Shown: one piece after another, positions 52,074-64,000 of the stretch
How positions within the stretch are numbered: the first letter of the stretch is position 1
Layout: each line of letters begins with the position of its first letter
Source of the DNA: Octopus vulgaris
Lineage: Eukaryota
DNA: 64,000 nt
Direction: 5' to 3'
Assembly (NCBI GenBank): GCA_951406725.2
Contig: OX597815.1
Coordinates: forward strand, 74,152,001-74,216,000
Notes under the pieces: generated by a model
Seen by the model: the letters and a program-made list of their open reading frames with translations, nothing else
Told to the model about the DNA's origin: nothing
The model's database searches: none
Made by a program: the position numbers and the translations under genes

Positions 52074-52375
52074 AACACATCTTTAATGATCACATTCAAA
52101 TAATAAGACAACACATCTTTAATGATCACATTCAAATAATAAGACAACACATCTTTAATGATCACATTCAAATAATAAGACAACACATCTTTAATGAGCA
52201 AATGTTTCTGTACTAACCTTCCTTTCAGTACCAGTTTACGTGAAAGTTCATAGTGAAAATTTATGTAATATGTAAATTTTCACTTTGAGTTTTTATGTAA
52301 ACTGGCATTGAAAGCAGAATTGGTACAGAAACAGTTGTAACCGATCATTAAAGATGTATTGTCTTATTATTTGGA
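52074..52375. repeat. 36-bp tandem repeat (about 3.4 copies) joined to a long hairpin
   Basis: aacacatctttaatgatcacattcaaataataagac at 52074, 52110, 52146 and 52182; about 52165-52375 folds back on itself. Confidence 0.85.
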
Positions 52376-53439
52376 TTATAATAAGTAAATCATAAATCTA
52401 AAAGAGAAGCACTAAGTTATAGAGCAGTATAAGTAAGTAGATAAAGATAGTTATGCCCAGTCTATGGGGGTTACCCACAGTTTTGCGTCCATAAAGCATT
52501 TAGCTTTACAGTGTCTCTTCAGACCCTAATGGTTGGTGACCTGTAACCCCTCTGTAAAGCTAAGCACTTCGCACACACACACACACACACAAAATCATCA
52601 TTGTTTTAATGTTCACTTTTCCATGGTCACATAGGTTGGACTGAATTTGCTGAGGTAGATTTTCTGTGGCCAGATGCTCTTCCTGTCATTGCCAGTCCTC
52701 ATCTGTTTTCAAGTTTGGTTAAATTGCCCCATGACCAGACATGATGATGACACACATTTACATAGATCAAATGATTTTAAGGCAAGGAAGTAATAACACA
52801 CACACATGCACACACAATGGGGGTGGGGTTTCTTTCAGTTTCCATCTATCAAATCCTGTCACAAGACAGGTTGGCCTGGGGTTACAAAAAAAAAGCACTT
52901 GCTCAAGGTGCCACTCTGTGGGATTGAACCCAGAACCATGTGGTTGGCAAGCAATTACATATATCTATATCAGTCTTTTACTCAAAAGCAACAAAAGCAT
53001 TTATATGCTTTTTACTTATTTTACTAGTTTTTGTCTATATTTTTAATTACAGGTGTTAAATCAGTCACTAGGTAGAGTTGATTAATTCAATTCATTTGAT
53101 TAGATAATTTGTAAAATGGAAGTGTTGTGAAATAAGATAATGACTTAAGTAATGGCTGCTTGAGGAATTTACAATAATAGCAGTTGGTAAAGGCATTTAT
53201 CTTCTCTATAGTATATTTTTTATTTTTATTAGAAAAATATCTTTCTGTTTGGGCAGATCTACTTCAACTTCCTGTCTCCCATTGATTTCTGGCTGTAACT
53301 AAATCTGGTTTTGTTAAAAGAAGAAAAAAATATCCCAACATTTGCTTCTTTCATCTTAATGGCAAAACTTCTTCCTCCCTCACTTTCTCTTTTTTCTCTT
53401 TAAAAAATATGAACTTTTATTAGCTTTCTCAAATTTTCA

Positions 53440-54012
53440 GTTTTTCTCATTTGTCCTCTTTCTTTCTTTCCATCTCTCTTTTGCCCCCTTTCTCTCTATC
53501 TCTCTTTTGCCCCCTTTCTCTCTATCTCTCTTTTGCCCCTTTCTCTCTCTCTCTTTTGCCCCCTTTCTCTCTCTCTCTTTTGCCCTCTTTCTTTCTCTCT
53601 GTCTTCCCCCCTTTCTTTCCCTCTATCTCTCTTTTCCTCCTTTCTTTCCCTGTCTCTTTCCCCTCTTTCTTTCCCTCTATATCTTTCCTCTTTCTTTCCC
53701 GCTGTCTCTTTTCCCCTCTTTCTTTCCCTCTATCTCTCTTTTCCTCTGTCTCTCTTTCCCCCTCTTTCTTTCTATCTTCTGTCCTCTTTTTTCTCTCTCT
53801 CTTTTATCCCTCTCTCCCTGTCTGTCTTTTGCTCTCTTTCTCTCTATATTTGCCCTCTTTCTCTTTATCGTGCTCTCTTTTGTTCTCTCTCACTCTCTCT
53901 TTCTCCTTTTATAACTATAAAATATAAACTTAATTTTTAGCTTCAGTATTTCTTTTTCCGCCATTCTCTCTTTTTTTTTTGTTATTCTCCCCCCCTCTCT
54001 CTCTCTCTCTTT
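53440..54012. repeat. CT-rich low-complexity tract
   Basis: Polypyrimidine with degenerate ctctcttttgccccctttctct units; produces spurious F/S/L/P-rich ORFs. Confidence 0.9.
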
Positions 54013-54671
54013 CTACAACTATAAAATATAGACTTTATTTTTTTAGTTTATTCTCTTAATTTTCAATTTTTCACTCTGGTTGTTTCTTTCTCTTTTCTTC
54101 TTAAAACTGTAAAATACAGACTTCATTCTTTAGCTTTGTTCTCTCAATTTTTCAGTTACTCTATTTTTTAAAACCTCTATCTTCTCATTCTTTTAAATTC
54201 TGTCTAATCCATTCATATTAAATATTACTGTGAATCTTTACACGTTTTCTTCGCATTGAAGCTTATTTTATTCTATATTTTTTTCTTTCAGTAGCAATTT
54301 AACTTGTGATTATTTTTAGTCATGTTTTAGAGGTGTACTTACTGACTTGTTTGGCGTCTGACATCAAAATAAAATATGAAATTCAAAAATTGTAACTTTA
54401 AAGTTAGCCTTCGTTTGTGTTACTGCATTATTCCCTCTCTCTCTCTCTTTCATTTTTGAATGAGTGAGCACTTGACTTGAACTAGAACATCCTATTTTCA
54501 CAATATGTCAGTTTAATTCAGAAGTATTCTTGTTTCAGAGATTGACACTTTTTTAAACAGAGGTGAAGCAAATTGTTTTGACTGTATTTTCCTGTCTTTC
54601 AATTCATAACAAACTTGGTGAACTTAACTTTATTACTGATGTTGTTGTTTTTTCTCTTTACTTCCTCATAG

Positions 54672-54776
54672 GGTTTCCTGTATATTGTTGACAATGCTTA
54701 AACTCATTTGGCCAGTGGGTTACTATATACACATACCAGGGCAGAACCTGTGATGTTCATAACTCCTTTGTACCTG
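54672..54776 (+). other. Candidate exon (5' UTR or first coding exon)
   Basis: Strong acceptor tttttctctttacttcctcatag| and consensus donor ctg|gtaagt; ATG at 54753 reads open to the donor (MFITPLYL). Confidence 0.5.
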
Positions 54777-54824
54777 GTAAGTAATCACATATTCACTTTT
54801 TGAAAAAAATGCTTACCTTATCTG

Positions 54825-55240
54825 TAGGTGTAGCTACGTGGTTAAGAAGCTAGTTTCTCAACCATGTGGTTTTGGGTTCAATCCTACTGCATGATACCTT
54901 AGGCAAGTGTCTGCTTCCATATAGCCCTGGGTCAGTCAGAAGCTTTATAAGTGGGTTTGGTAGATAGAAGCTAAAAGAAGCTAGTCGTATGTGTGTGTGT
55001 GTGCCTTGTGAGTGGATTTAGTAGATGGAAACTGGAAGAAACCCATCGTATGTATGTGTATTTGTCCCCCACCTCCACTTGACAACCAGTGTTGGTGTGT
55101 TTATGTTGTCGTAACTTGAATAAGTAGCAGGCTTTAAAACAAAAAAGTTCTGGGGTTGATTCATTCAATTAAAAATTATTCAAGGTGGTGCCCCAAAATG
55201 GCCGCAGACTAATGAATGAGATGAGTAAAAAAAATAAAAG
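54825..55240 (+). mobile_element. tRNA-derived SINE with an internal duplication
   Basis: Dominant family; the ttgtgagtggattt...gaaact segment occurs twice. Confidence 0.7.
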
Positions 55241-57805
55241 ATATTACTTTTTTTCTTCTTTTCTTGAAATCGCATATTTGAATTTCATTCCAAATCTACT
55301 TCAGAACACAGAAAAAATAAAAAAAATCATTATCCTAATCTCGAGATGTACCTTTATAATCTGGTGCAAGAATACATGTTCACACATGTTTTATTCATTA
55401 GTTCATGTTTGCACTTAGTTTTCCAATGCTGGCATACAGTTAGATATCTCAAGATATCTATGGCTGGATTCCCTACTTGATGCTAATCTTTATTTATTTG
55501 CAAGGAAGGTACTTACTCTTTTTTGGTTATTGCTTGTCAAACTGCTGAGCTGCTGGACATATTGTTTATGTGGGACAAACGTTGGCACTGCCCTAGTAGT
55601 ATCAATGTGAAGATAAGCTGTATTATTATTATTAAGAAATAAACAGAAGAGTGCTATAGTTGTCATGCGAAATTGGTTGAACGATATTTCGGTATCTCGT
55701 GTGCCTTCCACAGGTTCAAAAATTACTGCCCTTGTAGTATCAGTGTGAAGATAATCAGACAGACAGAGAGACACGTACGCACGCATGCACACATGCGAGT
55801 GTGTGTGCACACATCTTGTAGGCTTCTGTATGGTTTCTTATTTTTTTGTTGAGGTTTATTTATAAGGCATTAATCCGCCAGAAACTATTGTAGAAGATAC
55901 TCACCCAACTTGCTCAGCCCAAAGCATCACACAGTGGGAACAAACCTGAAACCATGTACCTGTATATGCATGCATACACACACCACAAAGCATATACATG
56001 TGTGTGCTTTATGAGTTCTGCAAGTTCTGCAAGAAGCCAAGTCGGTTACTGGAGCACATAGGGCTGTTTGTTTGGCTGCTACTTAAAAGTGCAATTGAGT
56101 ACTCCAGCAGCTAGCAGAGGTTCCTCACAAAGAGTGCAAAGAGGGAAGATAAATGACAGCAACAGGTAAAATACATTCAGTTTGTAAAGTAGAGATTAAA
56201 GAATGGAGGTGGGAAGTGTGCACTTTCTTGGGCGTTTGTAGGGTTTTAGTTGTGGCAGATGACTAGGAAAGATCGTGTAGAATTTTTATAAAGTAACTAA
56301 TTATTAAACTGGTGTTTGAAACAGGAAATTATTAAACTGGTGTTTGAAACATGAAATTCTGCTGGAAGCTTTTAATTTAACTCACTTTAAAAACAGGAAT
56401 TTCATATCAAAGGACTGAGAGTGGTCTTGGACAGGTTGTTATCAAGAAGTTTAAATTCAGAAATATTACCTTGGGTAATTGTCTTCTACTATAGCCAAAG
56501 GTTGCTCAATAGCTTTGTGAGTGGAGTTTGGCTGATGGAAGCATCTGAGCTGTTACTCCGAAATATCAATTGCTCTCTTTATAAATGATGTTCTACTCTA
56601 TTCATTAAATCAATATGGATTATTTTAGTTATGTCTGACAATAGGCAAGCAAAATAATGTAAAGCAACCAAAAACACTGTTGAGCCATAATTGTTGTGAT
56701 ATTATGGCAGATACATAATTTGAGAGAAATAATTCCTCAACTCATTATAATGTAATAGTACATTTACTTGACAAGTGAGAATTGTTTGGTTGCCATTGCT
56801 GCGCTCTTTACTTTTTTTAACCTAGTTACAAATGTATTGTTTATATTAAAACTCTTATTTGCATATAATATATGTAGTTATCACTCTCACCCTCACCTTC
56901 TCTCTCTTTCTCTCATGATAGTTTGTATTAAGCACAGTATTACTTTAACCTTTTAGCATTTAAACCAGCCATATTCAGCCCAAATATTGTGTTTTTTGTT
57001 AATATCAGCCAGATCTAACCTCTTACACTTACTCTGCAATACCATTCAAAAAAATAACATCATTGAAATAAAGCTATAAGTTTGATCAGAACTGTCAAGC
57101 TGGAGAGCTGCACCAGGCTCCAGTCTGATTTGACATGGCTTCCATGGCTGGATGCCCTTCCTAATGCCAACCACTTTATAGAGTGTTCTGGGTGCTTTTA
57201 TGTGACATCACACAAGTGCCTGTATGTGGCACTTGCACAAGTGATTGTTATGTAGCACTGGTTCAAGATTCTTGCAGATCAGTCCTCTTCACCAGGGGGA
57301 GTGGCCTTAACACTTCTGCTGTGCAGTATGTTTAGTTCAAAACAATGTGAGTAAATAAGCATCACCTTTTATAGAGTAACCTGAATGCTACATGGTTAAA
57401 GTAGCTCTTATCCTAAGCAATGGTGCCTCATTGGTGGCATTGTGTGACCTTACAAGAGGGCAGCAAATATCAAGGTGTCCTATGGAGAGTGCTGAATGTT
57501 CAGAGGTGTTTGTTAATTTTATCAGGAAAAATATATTTTGTCCTCTTAATACCAACCCATCTGAGTCTAAAATACAACTGGGTCTAAAGCAGACCCCTGA
57601 GTCTAAAATACAAACTACCTGTGTTAAAGTGAGCTACATTAAAACCTTCCATAAAAATTTAATGTTAAATTATGTTACAAGCATCAGTTTAATAATGACA
57701 GTTATTTCATTAAATTCTTCATTGTTTTCAAAATTATTTGAGACAAAGACAAGGTTTCAACAAATATGCTAAGAAAAGGGTTAACCATGTACAATAATTA
57801 TATTT

Positions 57806-58032
57806 GAACCTTTTTGTTACCATATTTCTGCTGAAATATGCTGCCTTTGTTTCAATTAACTTAGCATAGAATTAGAAATTAGTAAAATAACTGTCGTATT
57901 TTTAACCTGGTATCTGAACATGAATTGATATGCAAGTTTGATGGCAGGTTTTGATTTAAATCACTTCAAAGCCAGAAACTCATATCATAGGAACAAAGGT
58001 AGTCACAAGAGGGTTGCTCTCAAAAGGGTTAA
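57806..58032. mobile_element. piggyBac-type MITE (family A), next to an inverted copy at about 57540-57784
   Basis: aacctttttgttaccatatttctg...caaaagggttaa. Confidence 0.65.
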
Positions 58033-58243
58033 ACACATTTTCAGAGAAAATCTTTGTTGGGTTTTGTAAGATATTTTGTTAGTGAGCAGAAAACACAACT
58101 AATGAGTCAAGGTTCAGTATATTTTCATTATAAAAGCCCTTGCTTTCTTTTGCAATTTCCATAGATGATTTAATAGAAGAGCTACTAGCCTTTGCAAATA
58201 TCTAAATTAATTGCTGATATAGTATAAGAAGATATAGATGATA

Positions 58244-58970
58244 CAGTGATCCCTTGTTTATCGTGGTAGATTGGTTCCGAGACCGGCCATGATAACTGAA
58301 TTTTCGTGAAGTAGGGACACCATATTTACAGTATTTAATGTGTATTTGGACTTTTAAAATTCTCCTTGTCCTGTTAACAACCCATCCATTACAGTAGTCT
58401 ATTAATAAACAAGGACAACTGTTAAGCAATAGTACTTATGATTTAAAAAAATAAAGATTGTTACTGTACTCAACACGAAAGAAGTTGAAGTAAAATTTGA
58501 ATGATGATGGTGATGAATTTGCTGCTCAGTAGAAATGATGATAATGAAGCTGACGGCGGTGCCCTTTCCTGGGACACCTCTTCCACTTCTTCCGAAGGTG
58601 CAGCCATAGTAGTAGCAGCAGGAACTGGCTCTTTTTTGCGAGGCTGCAAAAACATTGTGATAGGAAGTTACTGTTGCTGCTTCTTTTTCTGTTCAAAGAG
58701 CATCTTGTAAGGATTCATGACTTTGTCAACAGAATGAACCATATCGTCGTCCCATTCCTGTGACCCCTCTTTCAATTCTTTAGCCAGGTAGCAGAGCTTG
58801 GCCAGCCGTTCCATAGTCAAGCCAGTTTGGTCAACAACTTCTTCTGTTTCTTGCTGCGTTTCTTCTTTGGATTTAATGAAAAATTTTAGGTGTTCATATA
58901 TATATCTTTTAAAAATCCGCAAAGTTGTGGATCCGCGATAGCTGAACCGCGAAGTAGCAAGGGATCACTG
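58244..58970 (-). mobile_element. Tigger/pogo internal-deletion derivative
   Basis: TA|cagtgatcccttg...caagggatcactg|TA. Minus-strand remnant GLTMERLAKL...QEWDDDMVHS...PYKMLFEQKKKQQQ*LPITMFLQP resembles the Tigger transposase C-terminus. Confidence 0.85.
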
Positions 58971-61900
58971 TAAATCCTTGCACAAAGTTTCTTCTGTTTG
59001 ATTAAAATGCGTGTTTTTTTTTGTCTTTTTTTAACATAACTTGGAGAGGGATGTAAGAAAAAAATAACACTATCTGGTGAAAGGGGCATGGGTTAAGTAC
59101 AGTCGGCATTTCTTTTAGAGTTTTGAAATTTTACATGAAAATAGATTTCATTAGTGTATTCTTTGATGGTTTTTATTGTGAACAAAGCATTATCTGCTAA
59201 GTTGATGTTACATAATGGTCGATGATATCTTTTTTTTAAATTCTGCTTTTACAAACTAGCAAAGGAGCTTCAATGGGATTGCATGACCTGCTAGAAATAG
59301 TAGCTAAATCTCTTTTAGATTACAACCTACAGTCTTGAAAAAGCTGATACTCATTGAATATTGTACTCATTGGTTTGGTACACAATGCCTGAAAAAGGGA
59401 TGACATAGTCATGGTTGGAATACCTTTAATCATAAATTTGCTTAGTCATTGACCTGAGGGCACGTGGATTCTCTGTCTGTCTCTCTCTCTCTCACACACA
59501 CACAAATATATGATGGCATCTTTCAGTTTCTCTCCATTAGTAGAATGCACTTAGCCTAGGTGTTGTACTGTGCCGAAATCATATATTTAACTATACCTAT
59601 TCTTAACCACACACACACACACACATTGTGTGTGAAAGAGAAAAAGAAAAATAATGATGTTTGTCAGTCAGAGAGAATAAGAGTGAGTAGCAACAGAAAA
59701 AAAAAATAATAACTGAAGACAAAATGAAACACAAAAAGAAAATGGGACAAGGCTTGAAGCAAAAGTATTCAATATGAAAATATGGTTTCTTTTCAAGTAA
59801 AATTTTAAAAAGTGTTTAGACATGAAATCGTTAATTTTTTGATCAAGTCTCTTAAACAAACATTTTGACCAGTCAGTATTCATATAAATTAGTGTCGAAT
59901 TTATTTCTTGGAAATTGCATTCCCATTCGATTCTTTGTGTCCTGATCAATAGGAAGCTGTGCAAAATTAGAAACTGTTTATCATATTCTGCCTGAAGGTT
60001 TATCATTCATACTCACTTGAGTTAAATCTCAGAAGTGATCTTGTCTCTATAATTAATAACTTTTCTATTTCACCATTGACTGAAGCTATTTCTGCTGGCA
60101 ATTTTTACATTACAAAATTTAAAAGCTATTTTGTCCTAACCCAAGACAGTGGCTTTTATCACACCAAATTCTCATATGTCCTAAAGATGGCAAGTTCCTC
60201 TCTCTCTCTAAAGTAATCATATAAAAGAAAAAAAAAATGCACCTTTTGTAATACTCTTGACAGCAGCTTACTTCTTATTAGCATAAAATGATTAGTTACA
60301 AAATAATGGCTTTGAATAAAAATTATAATGATGACAAAACTATTACAAAATGTTCAATAAGATGAAAAAAAATGATAAAATGAAAAGAATAATCATTAAG
60401 ATATTTTTTTCTGAGCTAAATATTATTTAGATTTATGGAAATTACTTCTGAAGAAAAATGTCAAATTTTTGTTAAAATATTGGTTTCTTAGTGAAGTACA
60501 AGACTAGGGTTGAGATAAAAGTTGATTAAATAGATTCTAGTATATTATTGGTATTTATTTCATGGGCATTAAATGGAGGAAACTAGATGAAATGTGAGTA
60601 TACATGATGAACCATGAAGTTAAAACTTAGACAGAACTAAATTTCAGAGTTGTACTTGTGTAGAGACTTAAAATTTACTTACCCTTCATTTTCCCTAGCC
60701 CTGTCAATAATCCCTTCTCTTTCCCCTGTTCCTTGCCATATTCTCCCATCTCCTACTTACCATCCAAGAATTTTTGTCTGCTCTGTCTTCTGTTCTCCTT
60801 CAGTTATAGGAGTAGCCCTGCAAGTTATGGGGCAATCATCACTGATGCCACAAAAAAATAAAACAAACAAAGCAAAACAAAAAGAAAAAAACAAACAAAC
60901 AAAACTACCTAGTACATTCTGTAAAGTGGTTGATATTAGGAATGGCATCTTAGCTGTAGAAACCATGCCATAGTAGACACTGGTGTATGAGAGTCAAACT
61001 GTCCAACTCCTGTCAGCATGGAAGCCAGATATTAAATAATAATGGACTATTCTGATTATGCAAAAAAAAAACAAACAAAAAACGAAAAGTCCTCTAGCCG
61101 TAAAAATCATGTCAAAGTAGACACCGGTGTATGACCTTGTTCTCTAACTCATCACATTCTAACAAACCATGTCAGCATGGAAATAGGACATTAAATGATA
61201 ATGAAGATGATGATGGGAAGTTTAATACCATGAAGTGTAGCAAAATAAAGCAAAAGTAAAAATCCCAATGAGATTAGTTGGCACCTGTTTTTGTTTAGTA
61301 ATTGTAACAGTTTAATTTTTTTTTTAGGTAGAACTACCACACATTGATAGAGAATTCTGATTACAAATAAAAAGAAAAAAATTGGGAAAATGCTTTGCAA
61401 GTTGATTCTGTTTATCAGTTGTGCTTCATCATCGTTATCGTTCTCCAAAAGGCAGTGGAGTGACAGAAATGGTGGTGCCAGACTGAATGCCTTGAAGTGT
61501 TTAGTTACATTCCTTTATGTTGGGAGTTCTAATCCTGCTGGGAAAGACTTAGCTTTTCATCTTACCGATGTTAATTAGTACCAGGCGTGTACTGGGATCA
61601 GAATTAATCAACTATACTGCTCTTTCCCCCTGACAAAGCTTTTGGCCTTGTGCCAATGTAAGGGAACAACTTTACAATACTTCTCCCAGTGCAGTATATT
61701 CCACTTTGGTCTCAACATGGAGGGAAAGAGAGAGAGGAGGGAAGAAAGGAAAGGCGGAGAGAGAGGGAGAGCATAGGAGTGGGGGACTGAGAGAAACTAA
61801 CAATGGAGGAAAAGATTTCACTAAAACTATTTAATGACTTGTTCACTGAATATTACTACATAATTTAAGTTGGCTTTGACAGTTATATCTAAAGAAATTT

Positions 61901-63029
61901 GATATTTTTAACGTGAGAAATCAAAGTGGATATTTTGGATGATGTTGTTTCAGGTTGATATACACCATATGTTTTATATTAGTAACCAGAGAAATTCAAC
62001 ATAAACATGCAAGTCATATAAACCTTGATTTTTCCCTTTTAAGAAAACTTTTGGAAAATTTGTCTTCTATTGATCTTGTCGGACATTATTTACAAAACAG
62101 CAGTCTATCTATTGATAATATTCTGATTAGTCAGGGCCATCAAATGTTTTCTTTTCTTTTAGGGGGTACCTCTGATGTCTTTGGAGCTGATAAAATAAGT
62201 ACAGCAGTGTATTAAGGTTGATTCACTTGATTGTAGCACTTTCCTAAAAAAAAATTATTGGTTTGCTACCCTGCACTAAACATACATCCCCTACTTCTTC
62301 CACTCACTTCTGGCACCCCTGTTCTTTTCATTCCTCCTGCCTTGTACCTTGAAAATATACTCTGATACCTCATCACCAATTTTCAGCTCCACCCTCCAAT
62401 CTCTCTTCTAAAACATGAGCAGTCATATAGTTCTTAAGCAAGAAACCAGCTTTGCTCCTTTCCTCCCATATTCTTCATGCTATTCTTCTACCATAAAGTT
62501 TTACCTCTCCACTTGAGGTTCATAGTTTTGCAAGCTGCATGGCAACCTCACTTGTGCTGAAAATATGAAAAGAAAAAAAAAAGCACCCAGTACACACTTT
62601 AAAATGATTGATGTTAAGGGCTTCCAACTGTAGAATCATGCCAAACAGACACTGGAGCACAATGCAGTTCTTGGACTCATCAGATCCTTTTGAACTGTCC
62701 AACCCATGAAGCCTGAAACAATGATGATATGCCTATATATAAGGAAGAACGATATATATAGTGCATTGCACTGTTGAATATACTTTTCAGCACAATTTTA
62801 TATTAGCAAGAATACATTTTTTTTTAACAGCATCTTGTCTCTTAGATTAAACATCTAGTAAACTTGCTTTTAGTTGGAATTTCTTTTCTTGTTTATGGTC
62901 CAATTTTTTTATTCTGAATATTTAGTTGTTATTTTTGCATAACACATGTAATATATAATGTTGGTATTCTAAATTTTATTTTGAAACTGTTGAGTTTGAT
63001 AGAAAACCAAATTCTAGTCACTGTTAGTG

Positions 63030-63325
63030 CCTTTAGGAAAGGCAGTGGTATGGGCATGTGTTGAGGAAGGATGAGGAGCATGTTCAGAAGAGGGTGCTAG
63101 TGTTTGAGGTAAATGGACAGTAAAAGCGAGGTAGACCAAGGAAAATGTGGAGGGGACAGGTGGAGGAGGAAGAGATTGGGAGGATTGGCTTGAGAAGGGA
63201 GGACACCCAAAACTGGGCAAGATGACAAGATGGTGTGAGGGCAGTTGCTATGGCAATGTGGTATATCTGGCCACCCTCGTTAACGGGGACAAAACCTAGA
63301 TTCAAAATGATGGATGGTGATGATA
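63030..63325 (+). mobile_element. RTE LINE 3' fragment
   Basis: RQWYGHVLRKDEEHVQKRVLVFEVNGQ*KRGRPRKMWRGQV followed by a gatg-rich tail. Confidence 0.75.
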
Positions 63326-64000
63326 AATACCACAAGTTTTTCATGCTTTTATTTTAGTTAATTCAAGTCAGCTTTGATTGAGCCAAGACCTGTGGTCAAA
63401 GGTTTTTCAGCAATAACTGTATCATTTTTTTAAATAATGTATCTGAGACTACAAAATCTTGTGTGTCTTTCATGTCAACAAATATTATAGGCTGTGATTC
63501 ACTAGAGATTTAGCTGCTGTTCTTGGAGGTTGAGTAACTACAGAGGAGAGGATTCTTTGTTTATATTTTGTAGTTATTTATTTGTATATAACAAACAACC
63601 TGCATTTCAACCAATTCAAAAATCAGATGTTTGTTACTCAACAGAGTTTTTAGAATTTCAAAATAGTTTTTTATGTAGAGTTTTTGAAGTTATTGAAATA
63701 TATTTTTTTTTGTTTTTATTTATTTAGTTTCTCAATTATTTTGTTTTTGGTTTGTAAATTCTTTCCCTGGAGACAAATAGATTTATACAGGTCATAGTAT
63801 CATGTGAATCAGAATGCAAATGTTTTTTATGTCTGTAGTCTGTAACTTGTGATAATTTATTCAGAAAGGTGGGGGGGAATGCAGTATTTTCCACTCTACT
63901 GATGAAATATAATATATAAAAATTGTAATGTAAGAAACATTCGTAATGATGGAAAATGTAAATAAATTGTAAATTCATATTTTATTTTAATATTTTTTCA

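Noticed and set aside
52074-52197. 36-bp repeats resembling a CRISPR array
   Set aside because: The repeats are contiguous with no spacers, there are no cas genes, and the context is eukaryotic.
53451-53940. Three overlapping 135-158 aa ORFs
   Set aside because: Low-complexity CT tract that simply lacks stop codons.

Overview
AT-rich, CpG-depleted, microsatellite-rich eukaryotic DNA that is almost certainly intronic or intergenic. The SINE families and (TA)n/(CA)n/(GA)n tracts resemble an octopus (coleoid cephalopod) genome, which is an inference. No intact protein-coding gene was found: nearly all listed ORFs are repeat or microsatellite artefacts. Recognisable content: a decayed full-length mariner (1039-2237), a Tigger/pogo deletion derivative, a non-autonomous Helitron, a hAT-type element, several MITEs (piggyBac-type TTAA and long-TIR foldbacks), RTE-LINE 3' fragments, many tRNA-derived SINEs, and two isolated, probably non-coding + strand exons. 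The most notable feature is a young, CpG-rich, non-coding 485-489-bp unit at 49157-50910. It is arranged as about 1.3 inverted plus about 2.3 tandem copies between (TA)n tracts. Each full unit carries a type I hammerhead ribozyme fold with an unusually large stem II insertion, i.e. a retrozyme/Penelope-like circular-RNA candidate. Older Penelope-like remnants occur near 11 kb, 18-19 kb and 52 kb; the 18-19 kb cluster includes a GIY-YIG C-terminal fragment and a minimal hammerhead with a U3-A8 core covariation.
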